Shown: positions 39,578 through 49,400, numbered from the stretch's first letter. The stretch: 64,000 nucleotides of DNA from a bacterium (GCA_965261595.1 CBDHDG010000006.1:480001-544000), one strand, 5' to 3'. Program-made: numbers and translations. The notes: generated by a model from the sequence alone, not told the origin.

Positions 39578-42367
39578 CTATGGCTTTTTCTTCCACAGCA
39601 GGTCCAGGACCTTTTCCGGCGTTGCGGGCAGGTCCATCACCCGGACGCCCACGGCGTCATAGATGGCGTTGATGATCGCGGGGGCCGTCGGCAGGAGGCC
39701 CGCCTCGGCGAAGCCCTTGGCGCCGAAGGCCCCCTCGGGCTCGGGGTCCTGCACGATCATCTGCTCGATTTCCGGCATGTCCTTCAAGGTCGGGATCCCC
39801 GCCTGCGTGAGGGTTTGCGTGACGGGCCGCCCTTGGTCCATTTCATACCGCTCGGACAAGGCGTAGCCGAGGCCCATTGCGACGCACCCTTCGATCTGAC
39901 CCTCGAGGCCTTGCGGGTAGATGATGCGGCCGCAGTCCGCTGCGGCGATGATCTTGAGGACCTTCACCGCGCCGGTCTTCTCGTCCACCTCGACGATGGC
40001 CCCGTTGGCCACGAAGGAGAAGGCGAGATAGTTGCGGTAGTCGTCCGGGTCCACGTCGGAGGCGTCTTCGAGCAGGTTGTAGGTGCGGGGACTCATGTAC
40101 TTGTGGTCGGCTTGCAGGGACACCCCCTTGGCGGCGGCCCGATCGGCCACGGCCTTGTTTGCGGCGACGAGTTGTCCGCCCTTCGAATAAAAGGCCCGGC
40201 CGTCTCTCCACTCGATATCTTCGGCGGCGATCTCGAACTCCCCGGCGACGAAGCCCATGAGCTTCTCCCGGAACGCCCGCGCCGCGCCGACGGTGGCGTT
40301 GCCCGTGAAGAGGGTCTGGCGGGACGCGCTCGTTTGGCCCCCGTCGGGGGTGGTTTCCGTGTCCGGGGTCATGACGACGACCTCGTCGTACGGGATGCCC
40401 AGGGTCTCGGCGGCCATCTGGGCGACCACGGTGGTGCACCCCTCGCCCAAGTCGGCGGCCCCGCAGCGGACCTGAAGACGCCCCTCTCCGGTCAGCTCCA
40501 CTACGGCGCCGGCATGGTCCGGCACCCCCTGGCCGATGCCGCAATTCTTGAACGCCCCCGCCACGCCGACCCCGATCTTATCGCCCCCGCCGTTCGGACG
40601 ATGGGCCGAGAGGGCCTCGCGGAGCTGATTCAGGCATTCTTTGTAACCCACGCTCGCCTGGAGGACTTGCCCCGTGGAGATGGGTTTGCCCGGTTCCAGG
40701 GCGTTGCGGAGCCGGATCTCGATGGGGTCCAGGCCCAGCTCCCGGGCCAGGATGTCCAACTGGCTCTCCATGGCGAAGGTGGCCTGGTTGATCCCGAACC
40801 CCCGGAAGGCCCCGCAAGATGCCTTGTTGGTGTAGACGCGGATCCCCTCGATGTCGAGGTGCGGAACGTAGTAGGGGCCGGGGGCGAAGATGGCGCACTG
40901 GTGAATGATCATCGGACCGGCATAGGCGTAGGCGCCTCCATCGGCCGTGATCCGCGCTTGCAGCGCCGTGAGCTTTCCGTCCTTCGTCGCCCCGGTCTTA
41001 TAGCGCAGGCGCATGGCGTGTTTTTTGTGGTGGATGAGAAAGGACTCCGCCCGCGTTGTGGTGAGCTTGACCGGCCGGCCCGTCCGCATGGCCCCCAGGA
41101 GAACGTAGGGGTGCAAGGTGATGTCTTCCTTGCCCCCGAAGGCCCCCCCGATGGCCGGAATGATGAGCCGAATCTTCTCCACGGGCAGGTTCAGGATTTC
41201 GGTCAGCTGGTTCCGATCCCGGAACGGGGCCTGGGTGGCGATCCACAGCGTGGCCACCCCCCTTTCGTCCACGAAGCCAACGGCGGATTCCGGCTCGATG
41301 AAGGCGTGATCCACGCATGAGATGCCGTACTCGTTCTCGACGACGATGTCCGAATCGGCGAAGGCCTTGGCCGCGTCGCCCCGTTTGACCTCGACCCGCG
41401 CCAGGATGTTCCCGGTCTCGTTCTCCGGGTGGACGAGGGGCGCGCCCTCCTTCAGGGCTTCCGCGCTGTCGAAGACGGCGGGCAGCTCCCGATACGCCAC
41501 GCGGATCTTCTTCACGGCCTCGCGGCCGGCCTCCTCGGTCTCGGCGTAAACGGCCGCAACCACGTCGGTCCGCGCCCGCACCCGGTCATCGGCGAAGATG
41601 GGTTTGTCTTTGACCTTCACCCCGGTGAGATTGGTCCCCGGAAGGTCCTTGGCCGTCAGAACGCAGACAACCCCGGGGGCCTTCTCGGCCTCGGTCGTGT
41701 CGATGGAAAGGATCTCGGCGTGGGGGTGCTCGCTGAACAGCAGCTTGCAGTGGATCATCCCGTTGAGGTAGATGTCGTCGGCGAAACGGGCCTCCCCGGT
41801 GACTTTCGGGGCGCCGTCTTTGGGAGAAACGGCGACGCCGATGACCCCCTCGGTCTCCTGAACCACCTGGGTCCTCACCGGGGGCCATTTCCCCTCGGCC
41901 AGGAAGGCGGCGGCGTCCTCCACCGCTTGAACCACTTTGACATACCCCGTGCAGCGGCACAGCACGCCGGACAGGGCCTCTCGGATCTCCTCGGTCGTCG
42001 GCCGGGGGTTTTCGTCGAGGAGGGCCTTGGCCGCCATGATGAACCCCGGGGAGCAAAAGCCGCATTGCACCGCTCCGGCGCGGACGAAGGCCTCCTGAAC
42101 GGGATGGAGGGTGCCATTCCGGGCCAGGCCCTCGACGGTCTCCACCCGTTTCCCCTCCACCTGGGCCATCTCCATCAGGCAGGCCCTTTGGGGGCGGCCG
42201 TCCACAATCACCGTGCACGTCCCGCAGTCTCCGTCGCCCGGCGTGCAGCCGATCTTGGTCCCGGTCAGGCGGCGGTCATCACGCAGATGCCGGACCAAAG
42301 ACCGCTTCGAGGGGACGTCCGCCGTGACCGGCTCGCCGTTCAGCTCAAAGGAAACGCTCTCGCTCAT
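39578..42367 (-). CDS. Molybdenum hydroxylase with fused N-terminal 2x[2Fe-2S] domain; resembles the selenium-dependent xanthine dehydrogenase family
   Basis: GTKIGC...CGTCTV..C, QCGFC..CRC, GGAFGGKED, AFRGFG, KNCGIGQGVPD, SASRQTLFTG, GAKGFAE. Confidence 0.88.
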   Translation of the reverse strand: MSESVSFELNGEPVTADVPSKRSLVRHLRDDRRLTGTKIGCTPGDGDCGTCTVIVDGRPQRACLMEMAQVEGKRVETVEGLARNGTLHPVQEAFVRAGAVQCGFCSPGFIMAAKALLDENPRPTTEEIREALSGVLCRCTGYVKVVQAVEDAAAFLAEGKWPPVRTQVVQETEGVIGVAVSPKDGAPKVTGEARFADDIYLNGMIHCKLLFSEHPHAEILSIDTTEAEKAPGVVCVLTAKDLPGTNLTGVKVKDKPIFADDRVRARTDVVAAVYAETEEAGREAVKKIRVAYRELPAVFDSAEALKEGAPLVHPENETGNILARVEVKRGDAAKAFADSDIVVENEYGISCVDHAFIEPESAVGFVDERGVATLWIATQAPFRDRNQLTEILNLPVEKIRLIIPAIGGAFGGKEDITLHPYVLLGAMRTGRPVKLTTTRAESFLIHHKKHAMRLRYKTGATKDGKLTALQARITADGGAYAYAGPMIIHQCAIFAPGPYYVPHLDIEGIRVYTNKASCGAFRGFGINQATFAMESQLDILARELGLDPIEIRLRNALEPGKPISTGQVLQASVGYKECLNQLREALSAHRPNGGGDKIGVGVAGAFKNCGIGQGVPDHAGAVVELTGEGRLQVRCGAADLGEGCTTVVAQMAAETLGIPYDEVVVMTPDTETTPDGGQTSASRQTLFTGNATVGAARAFREKLMGFVAGEFEIAAEDIEWRDGRAFYSKGGQLVAANKAVADRAAAKGVSLQADHKYMSPRTYNLLEDASDVDPDDYRNYLAFSFVANGAIVEVDEKTGAVKVLKIIAAADCGRIIYPQGLEGQIEGCVAMGLGYALSERYEMDQGRPVTQTLTQAGIPTLKDMPEIEQMIVQDPEPEGAFGAKGFAEAGLLPTAPAIINAIYDAVGVRVMDLPATPEKVLDLLWKKKP

Positions 42368-42877
42368 CGCTCCTCTCCCGCACAAAGGGGGCTCCGGGGG
42401 CGCCTCTTGCCTATCCCGGAAACCGTGTTTGGCACATCCCGGCTTAAGACGAAGCCCAGACCGGACAATGTTCACCCGGCCGATGGAAGGCTCGCATTCA
42501 TTCTCCCATCGCGGAAAGACGCCGTTCGGGGTCCAGGATTCTTCGGCTTCGCGATGCCGCCGCCTTCCTCAACTCGGATCTTTCGTGGAATCATAACGTC
42601 ATTTCGGTCAGAGATCGAAAAAAATACCGGGCATCCGGTATGATCCGGCAGACCGGCTTCATGGGGAAAACGGCGTGTTGTTCATACCGACTGGCGGTCG
42701 ACCCGCCCTGATGCGGGCTTCAAGAAGCTGTTGACCGGGACATTGGAAGAGGTTCAATGTGTCCAATTGGCGATGGGGATCGGAAAGATATCGCCCGCGG
42801 GATGAAATGGAAAAATATCCCTGGAGAGGCAGGCCTCCGGTTTGGTCTTGTAGGGTCGCGGGAAAGGGAGACATTCC

Positions 42878-43726
42878 ATGATTCGCAGAGAATGGGAAGG
42901 GGATTTCGTTCTCATCCCTCAGCCGGAGCACGCCCGGCTCTCGGGCGTCCTGGCGGAGCACTGGGGCGCCGGTGAATTCGTCCGCCCCGAACCCTGGGAT
43001 GAAGTTCTTCTGGCGACTTACGAGCACGACGAAGGCTGGGTGGAATGGGAGAAAAGACCCACCCTGGACGCGGACCATTTTTTGGTCAACTTCAACAGAA
43101 CCCCTCTGGAAGTCACCATCGACAACTTCCGGCGCACCGTGGAGAAGGCCTACAAGAAGGGACGCCCTTACGCGGCCGCGCTGGTCAATCGCCACGCGAT
43201 CAACGTGTATGAGCTCGTTCTAAGTCTCCGCGGTTTGGGGCCGGAAGAAGAAGCCAAAATCCACGGCTATGTCTCGGAACTGGAAGGCAGGCAGGCGGAG
43301 ATCTTCCGCGAATTGGCGGGTCAGCCGGAATTCGAGCGGGCGATGACGGATGAAGCCGTCCACCGAAACGGCCGGTTCGTGACGGTGCTGGACTTGCTCT
43401 CGCTCATCCTGTGCAACGGTTGGACCCACCTGGACCGGATGGCGGGCGTCCCCATGGGGGAAGACCACTTTGGCGACATCGGCGTCAAGTGGGCCGACCC
43501 GGGGGGTCCCGACCCCGGGGGTCCAGACCCCGTGGGTCCCGGCCCGGTGAGTCCAATCGGGATGTGTCTCGAACTGACGCCCTGGCCCTTCAGCCGCGAT
43601 TCGCTCGAAGGATCCGCCCAGGGTCTCCGCATCCCCGGGCATCCGTTCGACACGGAGGAGGACCTCCACGCCGCTTTGCGGGAAGCCCCCCCGTTCGAGA
43701 TGAGTTTTCGTGTGATCCCCGGTTGA
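42878..43726 (+). CDS. DUF3891 family protein
   Basis: QPEHARLSGVLAEHW, HDEGW, DLLSLILC, PWPF. Confidence 0.8.
   Translation: MIRREWEGDFVLIPQPEHARLSGVLAEHWGAGEFVRPEPWDEVLLATYEHDEGWVEWEKRPTLDADHFLVNFNRTPLEVTIDNFRRTVEKAYKKGRPYAAALVNRHAINVYELVLSLRGLGPEEEAKIHGYVSELEGRQAEIFRELAGQPEFERAMTDEAVHRNGRFVTVLDLLSLILCNGWTHLDRMAGVPMGEDHFGDIGVKWADPGGPDPGGPDPVGPGPVSPIGMCLELTPWPFSRDSLEGSAQGLRIPGHPFDTEEDLHAALREAPPFEMSFRVIPG
43496..43555 (+). repeat. Four imperfect 15-bp in-frame tandem repeats (DPGGP)n
   Basis: GACCCGGGGGGTCCC GACCCCGGGGGTCCA GACCCCGTGGGTCCC GGCCCGGTGAGTCCA. Confidence 0.75.
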
Positions 43727-43856
43727 ATTCACCCCCCGGGTCTCCATGGGGTCCAGCCCCGGATGGGGCCTTGCGTCGGAAGGGGTCTTGCCCCGAAAGG
43801 GGCTTTGCGCCGGAGACGGCGGCTGAAATTTCGTTTCTTTTGAGGATTGCGGGAAA

Positions 43857-45200
43857 GTGAACAACCGAACAGCCAAACGCGGACAGCGGGCCATCGTGAT
43901 TGGCGGCAGCTTCGCCGGATTGATGGCGGCCCGGGTTCTCAGCGATCACTTCGAGCGGGTCACACTCATCGAGCGCGACGAAATCAACGACCGGCCCGAA
44001 GCGCGCAAGGGACAGCCCCAGGTCCGTCACCCGCACACCGTGCTGGCCAACGGACTGAATGTGCTGACCCGGTACTTTCCCGATCTGCCTGACGCATTGC
44101 GCAAGGGCGGTGCCTCCATTACGGATGTGGGAACCGCCATCCGCTGGCACGTTTCCGGCGGCTACCGGCGGCAATTCAAGAGCGGCGTGTATTTCGCCTT
44201 GGCGAGCCGGCCGTTCCTCGAGTGGGAGGTTCGCCGCCGCGTGTTCTCCCTGCCCAACGTCTCCGCGGTTGACCGCTCCACGGTCACGGCCCTGCTCTCG
44301 AGCGGCAAAGGCGGCCGCGTCACCGGGGTGCGGACCGTCCGCCGGGGCGAGAACAGCCGGGAAGAGGAGTGGGCGGCCGAATTGGTGATTGACGCCACGG
44401 GTCGCGGGTCCGCCGGACTGAGATGGCTGGAGGCGTTGGGTTACGCCGGCCCGGAGGAGAACGCCGTCAAGATCGGCCTTGGCTACACCACGCGCATCTA
44501 CCGCCGCCGGCCCGGTGATCTCGTAGGCGCGGAGTTGATCATCATCGCGGCCGCTCCGCCGGGCACCAAGCGCGCCGGCCTCTTTGCCCCGATGGAGGAT
44601 GACCGCTGGAACGTATCGCTGGTCGGCTGGGGAGGCGATCACGCCCCGGCCGACGAGGCGGGTTTCCTCGAATTCGCCCGCGGCCTGGCCGCGCCGGACA
44701 TCTACAACATCCTCCCTCACCTTGAGCCCCTGACCGATTTCTTCCACCATAAAACCCCGTCCAATCTGCGCCGCGAGTATCAGAAATTAACCCGATTTCC
44801 GGGCGGCTATCTTGTCCTGGGGGACGCCATCGCCAGTTTCAATCCGTTCTATGCGCAAGCGATGGCCTCGGCCGCACTGCAAGCGGCCGTACTGGACGAG
44901 GTCTTGACCGGCCGCGGGCCGTTGGACACGCTGTGGAAGCCGTTCTTCAAACGGACGGCCAAGGTGGTGGACCTCGCGTGGGCATTAGCGGCGGGCCAGG
45001 ATTTCAATTTCCCGGAAACCCGGGGCAGGAAGACCCGCGGGACTAATCTGAAAAATGCCTACATGGCCAAATTACAGCGGGCGACACAGCGCGATACGGT
45101 TGTGTATGGCGCGTTTCTGAGAGTTGCCAATCTGTTGGCCCCCCGGAAGAGCCTGTTCCAACCGCCCATCATGTGGCGGGTGCTTCGGGGGGGAAAGTGA
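43857..45200 (+). CDS. FAD-dependent oxidoreductase/monooxygenase
   Basis: VIGGSFAGL, DATGRGS, GDAIASFNP. Confidence 0.85.
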   Translation: MNNRTAKRGQRAIVIGGSFAGLMAARVLSDHFERVTLIERDEINDRPEARKGQPQVRHPHTVLANGLNVLTRYFPDLPDALRKGGASITDVGTAIRWHVSGGYRRQFKSGVYFALASRPFLEWEVRRRVFSLPNVSAVDRSTVTALLSSGKGGRVTGVRTVRRGENSREEEWAAELVIDATGRGSAGLRWLEALGYAGPEENAVKIGLGYTTRIYRRRPGDLVGAELIIIAAAPPGTKRAGLFAPMEDDRWNVSLVGWGGDHAPADEAGFLEFARGLAAPDIYNILPHLEPLTDFFHHKTPSNLRREYQKLTRFPGGYLVLGDAIASFNPFYAQAMASAALQAAVLDEVLTGRGPLDTLWKPFFKRTAKVVDLAWALAAGQDFNFPETRGRKTRGTNLKNAYMAKLQRATQRDTVVYGAFLRVANLLAPRKSLFQPPIMWRVLRGGK

Positions 45201-45230
45201 ACATCATCGATGGAATGACCTTCGCGGAGG

Positions 45231-45285
45231 GGGGGGACGACCATACTTATCTTTAAAAGAAATTAAGTATGGTGTCCCCAGAATC
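45231..45285. repeat. Inverted pair of GTATGGTGTCCCC-type REP motifs
   Basis: GGGGACGACCATACTTA...TAAGTATGGTGTCCCCAGAATC; the same motif occurs at 47839, 48254 and 49375-49400. Confidence 0.7.
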
Positions 45286-45305
45286 CCCCAGTAGGCATTT
45301 CCCAC

Positions 45306-45512
45306 ATCGAGGAGGGCAAGTACGTCCTGAACTGGACGCGCCTGTCCTGCCACGGCTTTGAAGAAAATCCGGTTCGCCTGCAACTGTTTACCTTGGCGTA
45401 CAACCTGGGAAATTTCCTGCGGAGGCTGGCATGGCCGAGAGCGGTGAAGCACCGGTCGCTGACAACTCTTCGGGAAAAGCTGATTAAGATCGGTGCGAAG
45501 GTGGCTACCCAT
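45306..45512 (+). pseudogene. IS1380-family transposase C-terminal fragment
   Basis: Translates IEEGKYVLNWTRLSCHGFEENPVRLQLFTLAYNLGNFLRRL...LTTLREKLIKIGAKV; no start codon. Confidence 0.85.
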
Positions 45513-45643
45513 GACGTGACGGAGCCAGAGGAATAAGTCTGTGCCGATTTCCTGTGAGCGTGGCGGTAGAGTTGGGTTCCCCCGCTCTAGGGTTTTGTTG
45601 GACACTCGATTGATCCATGATTCATGGAGAAAGGGGTGTCGCG

Positions 45644-46030
45644 ATGAACGAACAAAAGCAAGAGGGGGCTTTGGCGGAGGGCGCCCGCAGGGCGAACGGA
45701 GCCAAGGCCCCAGGGCATCGCAGTGAGCGGGGTCGGTTCTCCTGCCAGCGCAAGCGGGAGGCGGTCCTGCGTCTTTTGCGGGGCGAGAGCCTGGAGACGC
45801 TCTGCCGCGAGTTGGGCACGACAGCGGCTCGGCTTTCCGCCTGGCGCGAGGCGTTCCTTCGCGGGGGCGAGGCGGCACTCAAAGCCCGCCCGGCGGATGA
45901 GCGGGACGAGGAGAACGCCCGGCTCAAGGCCAAGGTGGGCGAACTCACGATGGAGGGCGAGGTCCTGCGGGAGAAGATCGACCGCCTGGAGGCCGGCCGC
46001 CCTTTAGCCGGCAGGAGGTGGAGGCGATGA
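45644..46030 (+). CDS. IS3 OrfA (HTH)
   Basis: RKREAVLRLLRGESL..LSAWR, coiled coil RLKAKVGEL. Confidence 0.85.
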   Translation: MNEQKQEGALAEGARRANGAKAPGHRSERGRFSCQRKREAVLRLLRGESLETLCRELGTTAARLSAWREAFLRGGEAALKARPADERDEENARLKAKVGELTMEGEVLREKIDRLEAGRPLAGRRWRR

Positions 46031-46935
46031 GTCAGGCCCGCTTCACCTCCACGGGCAGAGCCTACGGCCTGAAGCGGGTGTGCGCCCTTTGGGGCTTGGC
46101 GCGCTCCACGGTCTACGCGCAACGGCGGCGAGAGGCGGTCCCCGTTCATGAACGCCCCACGCCCAATAAGCGCGGCCCTGTGGGCCCGTGCACCGATGCG
46201 GAACTCCTCGGCCACATCCGGCAGGTCCTGGAGGACTCTCCCTTCCATGGCGAGGGCTACCGCAAGGTGTGGGCGAGGCTGCGCTTCGCGGGCATCCGCA
46301 CCAGCAAGGAGCGGGTGCGTCGCCTGATGCGGGAGGCGGGGCTTCAGGCCCCCCACCGGGTGGGCAAACCCCGAGGTCCCAAGGCCCACAACGGGACCAT
46401 CCGCACCGAGCGGCCCGACCGAATGTGGGGCACGGACATGACGACGACGGTGACCACCGAGGAGGGGATGGCCTCGGTGTTCGTGGCGGTGGATCACTGC
46501 TCGGTGGACTGCGTGGGGATCCATGCGGCCAAGAGCGGCAACCGCTTCGAGGCCCTGGAGCCGATCCGGCAGGGGGTCGCCGAGCGCTTCGCCGGCTTGG
46601 AGGCGGACGTCGCCGAGGGGCTTAAAGTTCGTCACGACCACGGCCCCGCCTATCTGTCCGATGACTTTCAGCGGGAGATCGCCTACCTGGGCATGACCAG
46701 TTCGCCCAGCTTCGTGCGGGCGCCCGAGGGAAATGGCTACTGTGAGTGGTTCATCCGCATCTTGAAGGAGAATCTCCTGTGGGTGCGCTCTTTCGCCACC
46801 GTAGAGGAACTGCGGTGGGCGCTGCTTGAGTTCAAGAACCTGTACAACCATCATTGGATTCTCGAGGGCTACGGCTACCGAACGCCGGCCCAGGCAAGGC
46901 AGGAAAAACTCGCTCAAGTTGCGGAGGCCGCATGA
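46027..46935 (+). CDS. IS3 OrfB DDE transposase
   Basis: GYRKV, WGTD, RHDHG, NGYCE..LKE, YN; ATGA overlap with orfA. Confidence 0.9.
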   Translation: MSQARFTSTGRAYGLKRVCALWGLARSTVYAQRRREAVPVHERPTPNKRGPVGPCTDAELLGHIRQVLEDSPFHGEGYRKVWARLRFAGIRTSKERVRRLMREAGLQAPHRVGKPRGPKAHNGTIRTERPDRMWGTDMTTTVTTEEGMASVFVAVDHCSVDCVGIHAAKSGNRFEALEPIRQGVAERFAGLEADVAEGLKVRHDHGPAYLSDDFQREIAYLGMTSSPSFVRAPEGNGYCEWFIRILKENLLWVRSFATVEELRWALLEFKNLYNHHWILEGYGYRTPAQARQEKLAQVAEAA

Positions 46936-47185
46936 GGTCGAATACCCTCACCCGAGTGTCCAATAACCCAGGGGCGGTCCAGGGTCTTCAAGAGATTTCG
47001 GCTTTGAGCCGGCCGTAGCCGCTCGATTGAGCAGAGGGTTCGGCAAAGAGACCCTGGATCAGTGTAAAATGAGCACCTTGATGACACATGAGGACCGCTG
47101 CATCGCTAAACTCTCGTCATCTGGGAAATCCCGGATTCATGTTGTTCGACACGAGAAATGAGATGTTCCTAACAGCCTTCGTCAA

Positions 47186-47722
47186 ATGGGACAGTTTACA
47201 CCTATGGAAAATGCGCGGACCCGAATGATCGAAGGAAAGTCCTCGCCGTTCCTCAAAGCCGGACGGGAACTCCGGTTCTGTTTGCTGGCCATGTCTTTGC
47301 TCTTCTCGGGCGGATGCGCCGCACTTCTCGCCGGAGGCGCGACCAGCACGCTCAAGGGGTTCGAGTATTCGGTTGAAAATATTGCCGATAGGAGTTTTAC
47401 AACGAGTCTGTCGACGCTGAAGCTTGCTTCTGTCGAGGCGCTGGATGAGATGGCCTTTCAACCTGAAACGCCCGTTCCGACCAAAACCGGCTTCCGCATC
47501 TTGGCAGCCACTCCCAAACTTGATATACAAGTTGATCTCAAGCGAGTCACGGACCGTGTCTCGCGGATCAGCGTGAACGCGAAGAGGGGATTTTTCCGGA
47601 AGGATCGCGCGACCGCGGCGGAGATCATCCGGATGAGAGGCGCCGTGATCGAGCGACGGGTTACAAAGGCCGAAACGGAAATCGGAAAATATTCAAGCCC
47701 CCTGATCCTCATGGCGCCGTAG
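47186..47722 (+). CDS. DUF3568-like lipoprotein
   Basis: Lipobox-like LLFSGGC; KDRATAAEII C-terminal motif. Start uncertain (47186, 47204 or 47225). Confidence 0.7.
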   Translation: MGQFTPMENARTRMIEGKSSPFLKAGRELRFCLLAMSLLFSGGCAALLAGGATSTLKGFEYSVENIADRSFTTSLSTLKLASVEALDEMAFQPETPVPTKTGFRILAATPKLDIQVDLKRVTDRVSRISVNAKRGFFRKDRATAAEIIRMRGAVIERRVTKAETEIGKYSSPLILMAP

Positions 47723-47838
47723 CGGTCTCGATGAAATCCATCAGCAACAGGCGAAGAGTGCTACGCCCAGGTCTCTGCAAATTTCCAACAGGCTGTACCC
47801 ATAGCGGAAACGGACCTTGCGGATGGTCCGGTCTGGGT

Positions 47839-48277
47839 AATCCGGGGGGACACCATCCTCATTTCTGCTTGCGCCCCCTTTTTCGCCCTGGCTCCGCCGT
47901 TGCAGGCTACGACCCAATGCCCCTCCGATTATCAGCGATGGAGTTTTCCGGTGCCTCCCTAGAGCCCCTTCAAGCTTCCCAACAAAACCGTCATTCCCAA
48001 GGGTCTGCCTGTCCTGTCATGACGTCGTATCCTCTCGATCTCCTCCTCGGATACGCCACCCAGAAGAAAGTCCCTCCAATTCCCGACCCTTTCAAGCAGG
48101 GGCTTGACCTTCATCAGATAGTCGCCTCCGCCTGAGATATGCGCCGCTCCATGGATAAGCCCCGAGGTCCCCAGCCCGTACCGGATTGAGTTCCACGTAC
48201 AATGCGATTCTTGGCATGCACCGACACGATGGAGATGCAAACCAAAAGCCGAGAATAATGTATGGTGTCCTAGAATC
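47839..48277 (-). mobile_element. Internally deleted REP-associated tyrosine transposase (RAYT) relic flanked by inverted REP motifs
   Basis: Minus strand YVELNPVRAG (48199-48170), YPWS, IRRHDRTGRPLG with frameshifts; flanked by GGATGGTGTCCCC (47839-47864, -) and GTATGGTGTCC (48254-48277, +). Confidence 0.8.
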
Positions 48278-48311
48278 ACCCTGGTCGGGCTTTCTGGTGC
48301 CCGAACGCCTG

Positions 48312-48341
48312 TTGACAGGTACCGGTAGAGGGTGATCTAAT
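48312..48341 (+). promoter_or_regulatory. Candidate sigma70 promoter for the DMT gene
   Basis: TTGACA-N18-TCTAAT with an extended TG. Confidence 0.4.
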
Positions 48342-48453
48342 CGTGCTAAACAGCAGCGAATGGTAGGTGCAGGTCTGTCCGGATTTGAAATGGGAAAATT
48401 CCGGTCAGCATCTTTTTCGATCTCGTCCGGGGGACTGGAGTTCCGGCCGCCTC

Positions 48454-49323
48454 ATGTTCTACACACCTGTCTCCCTTGCCCTGTACTCTGCCACGGCATT
48501 CGCCTGTTCGGAATTCGCGGCGCGCATCGCGGTGCGGTACGCATCCCCGTATACGGGGGCGCTGATGCAGGCCGTCGTCCACCTCATCATTTTCGGACTC
48601 CTGGCCCTTTCGATTTCCCCCCGCCCCGACATCTTCAATGCTGGAGGCTGGTGGTTTTTCGCTTCAGGCGCCTTTGACCCCGGTCTCGCCGTCATCTGCT
48701 ATTTTGCGGCTTTCGCCCGAATCGGCGTCGCCCGATCAGCGACGGTTTTGGGAACCTCTCCCATATTCAGCGCCGCCGCGGCTATCCTTTTTCTGGGAGA
48801 ACGGCCGAATGCCTGGGTTTGGCTGGGGACCCTGACCATAATCGTCGGCGTGGGCGCAATCGCTTATAAAAAAAAGGGAATCGCAGAAAATAAATCAGGC
48901 TATGCGTTTGCCGTGCTGGCGGCCATTATGTTCGCTGTATCGCACACCTTCAGGAAAATTGGGCTTGCTTACATCCCATCATCGACAACGGGTATGGCGA
49001 TCGGGAATTTGGGGGCGGTGCTGGCGCTCATCCTGGTGCTTCCTGTCATGCCAGCGGGCTCCAGGCTGACCCTCCACCCCAAGGGGTTGGCCTTATATTT
49101 CATTCACATGCTGGGGATCGCCCTGGCCCTCTACATGCTGATGGAGGGTCTTCGTTTGGGCAACGTGAGCGTCGTCATTCCGCTGGTCCACACCTTCCCT
49201 CTCCTTGTGGTGTTGATCGCCTGGATCTTCCTGAGGGAAAAAGAGCAGGTCACAGCCCGGCTCTTTCTCGGGTCTGCCCTGATTGTGGTGGGTGCGGCCG
49301 TTATCACGGGCCTGGGGCATTAA
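48454..49323 (+). CDS. EamA/DMT family transporter
   Basis: About 10 TM helices, duplicated FLGE/FLREKE motifs. Confidence 0.88.
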   Translation: MFYTPVSLALYSATAFACSEFAARIAVRYASPYTGALMQAVVHLIIFGLLALSISPRPDIFNAGGWWFFASGAFDPGLAVICYFAAFARIGVARSATVLGTSPIFSAAAAILFLGERPNAWVWLGTLTIIVGVGAIAYKKKGIAENKSGYAFAVLAAIMFAVSHTFRKIGLAYIPSSTTGMAIGNLGAVLALILVLPVMPAGSRLTLHPKGLALYFIHMLGIALALYMLMEGLRLGNVSVVIPLVHTFPLLVVLIAWIFLREKEQVTARLFLGSALIVVGAAVITGLGH

Positions 49324-49344
49324 GCCACTCGGCAGTCCGGGACG

Positions 49345-49400
49345 GAGAATTCCAGGGAGAGAATTCCAGGGAGAGAATTCCAGGGACACCATACTCATTT
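49345..49400 (-). repeat. 3 x 14-bp tandem repeat running into a REP motif
   Basis: (GAGAATTCCAGGGA)x3 at 49345-49386, then CACCATACTCATTT. Confidence 0.9.

Larger units (their letters stand above)
45578..46981 (+). mobile_element. IS3-family insertion sequence
   Basis: Imperfect IRs sharing TTGGACACTCG (45598-45608 / 46953-46963). Right end finishes ...GGTCCA; left end lacks the terminal TG. Confidence 0.8.

Noticed and set aside
25873..41320. Very long antisense ORFs (25873-28086, 30458-32362, 33142-35511, 38714-41320)
   Set aside because: They are shadows of well-supported genes on the other strand in high-GC DNA and carry no family motifs.
49345..49386. Iterons or mini-CRISPR
   Set aside because: The units are directly adjacent with no spacers, and there is no rep gene.
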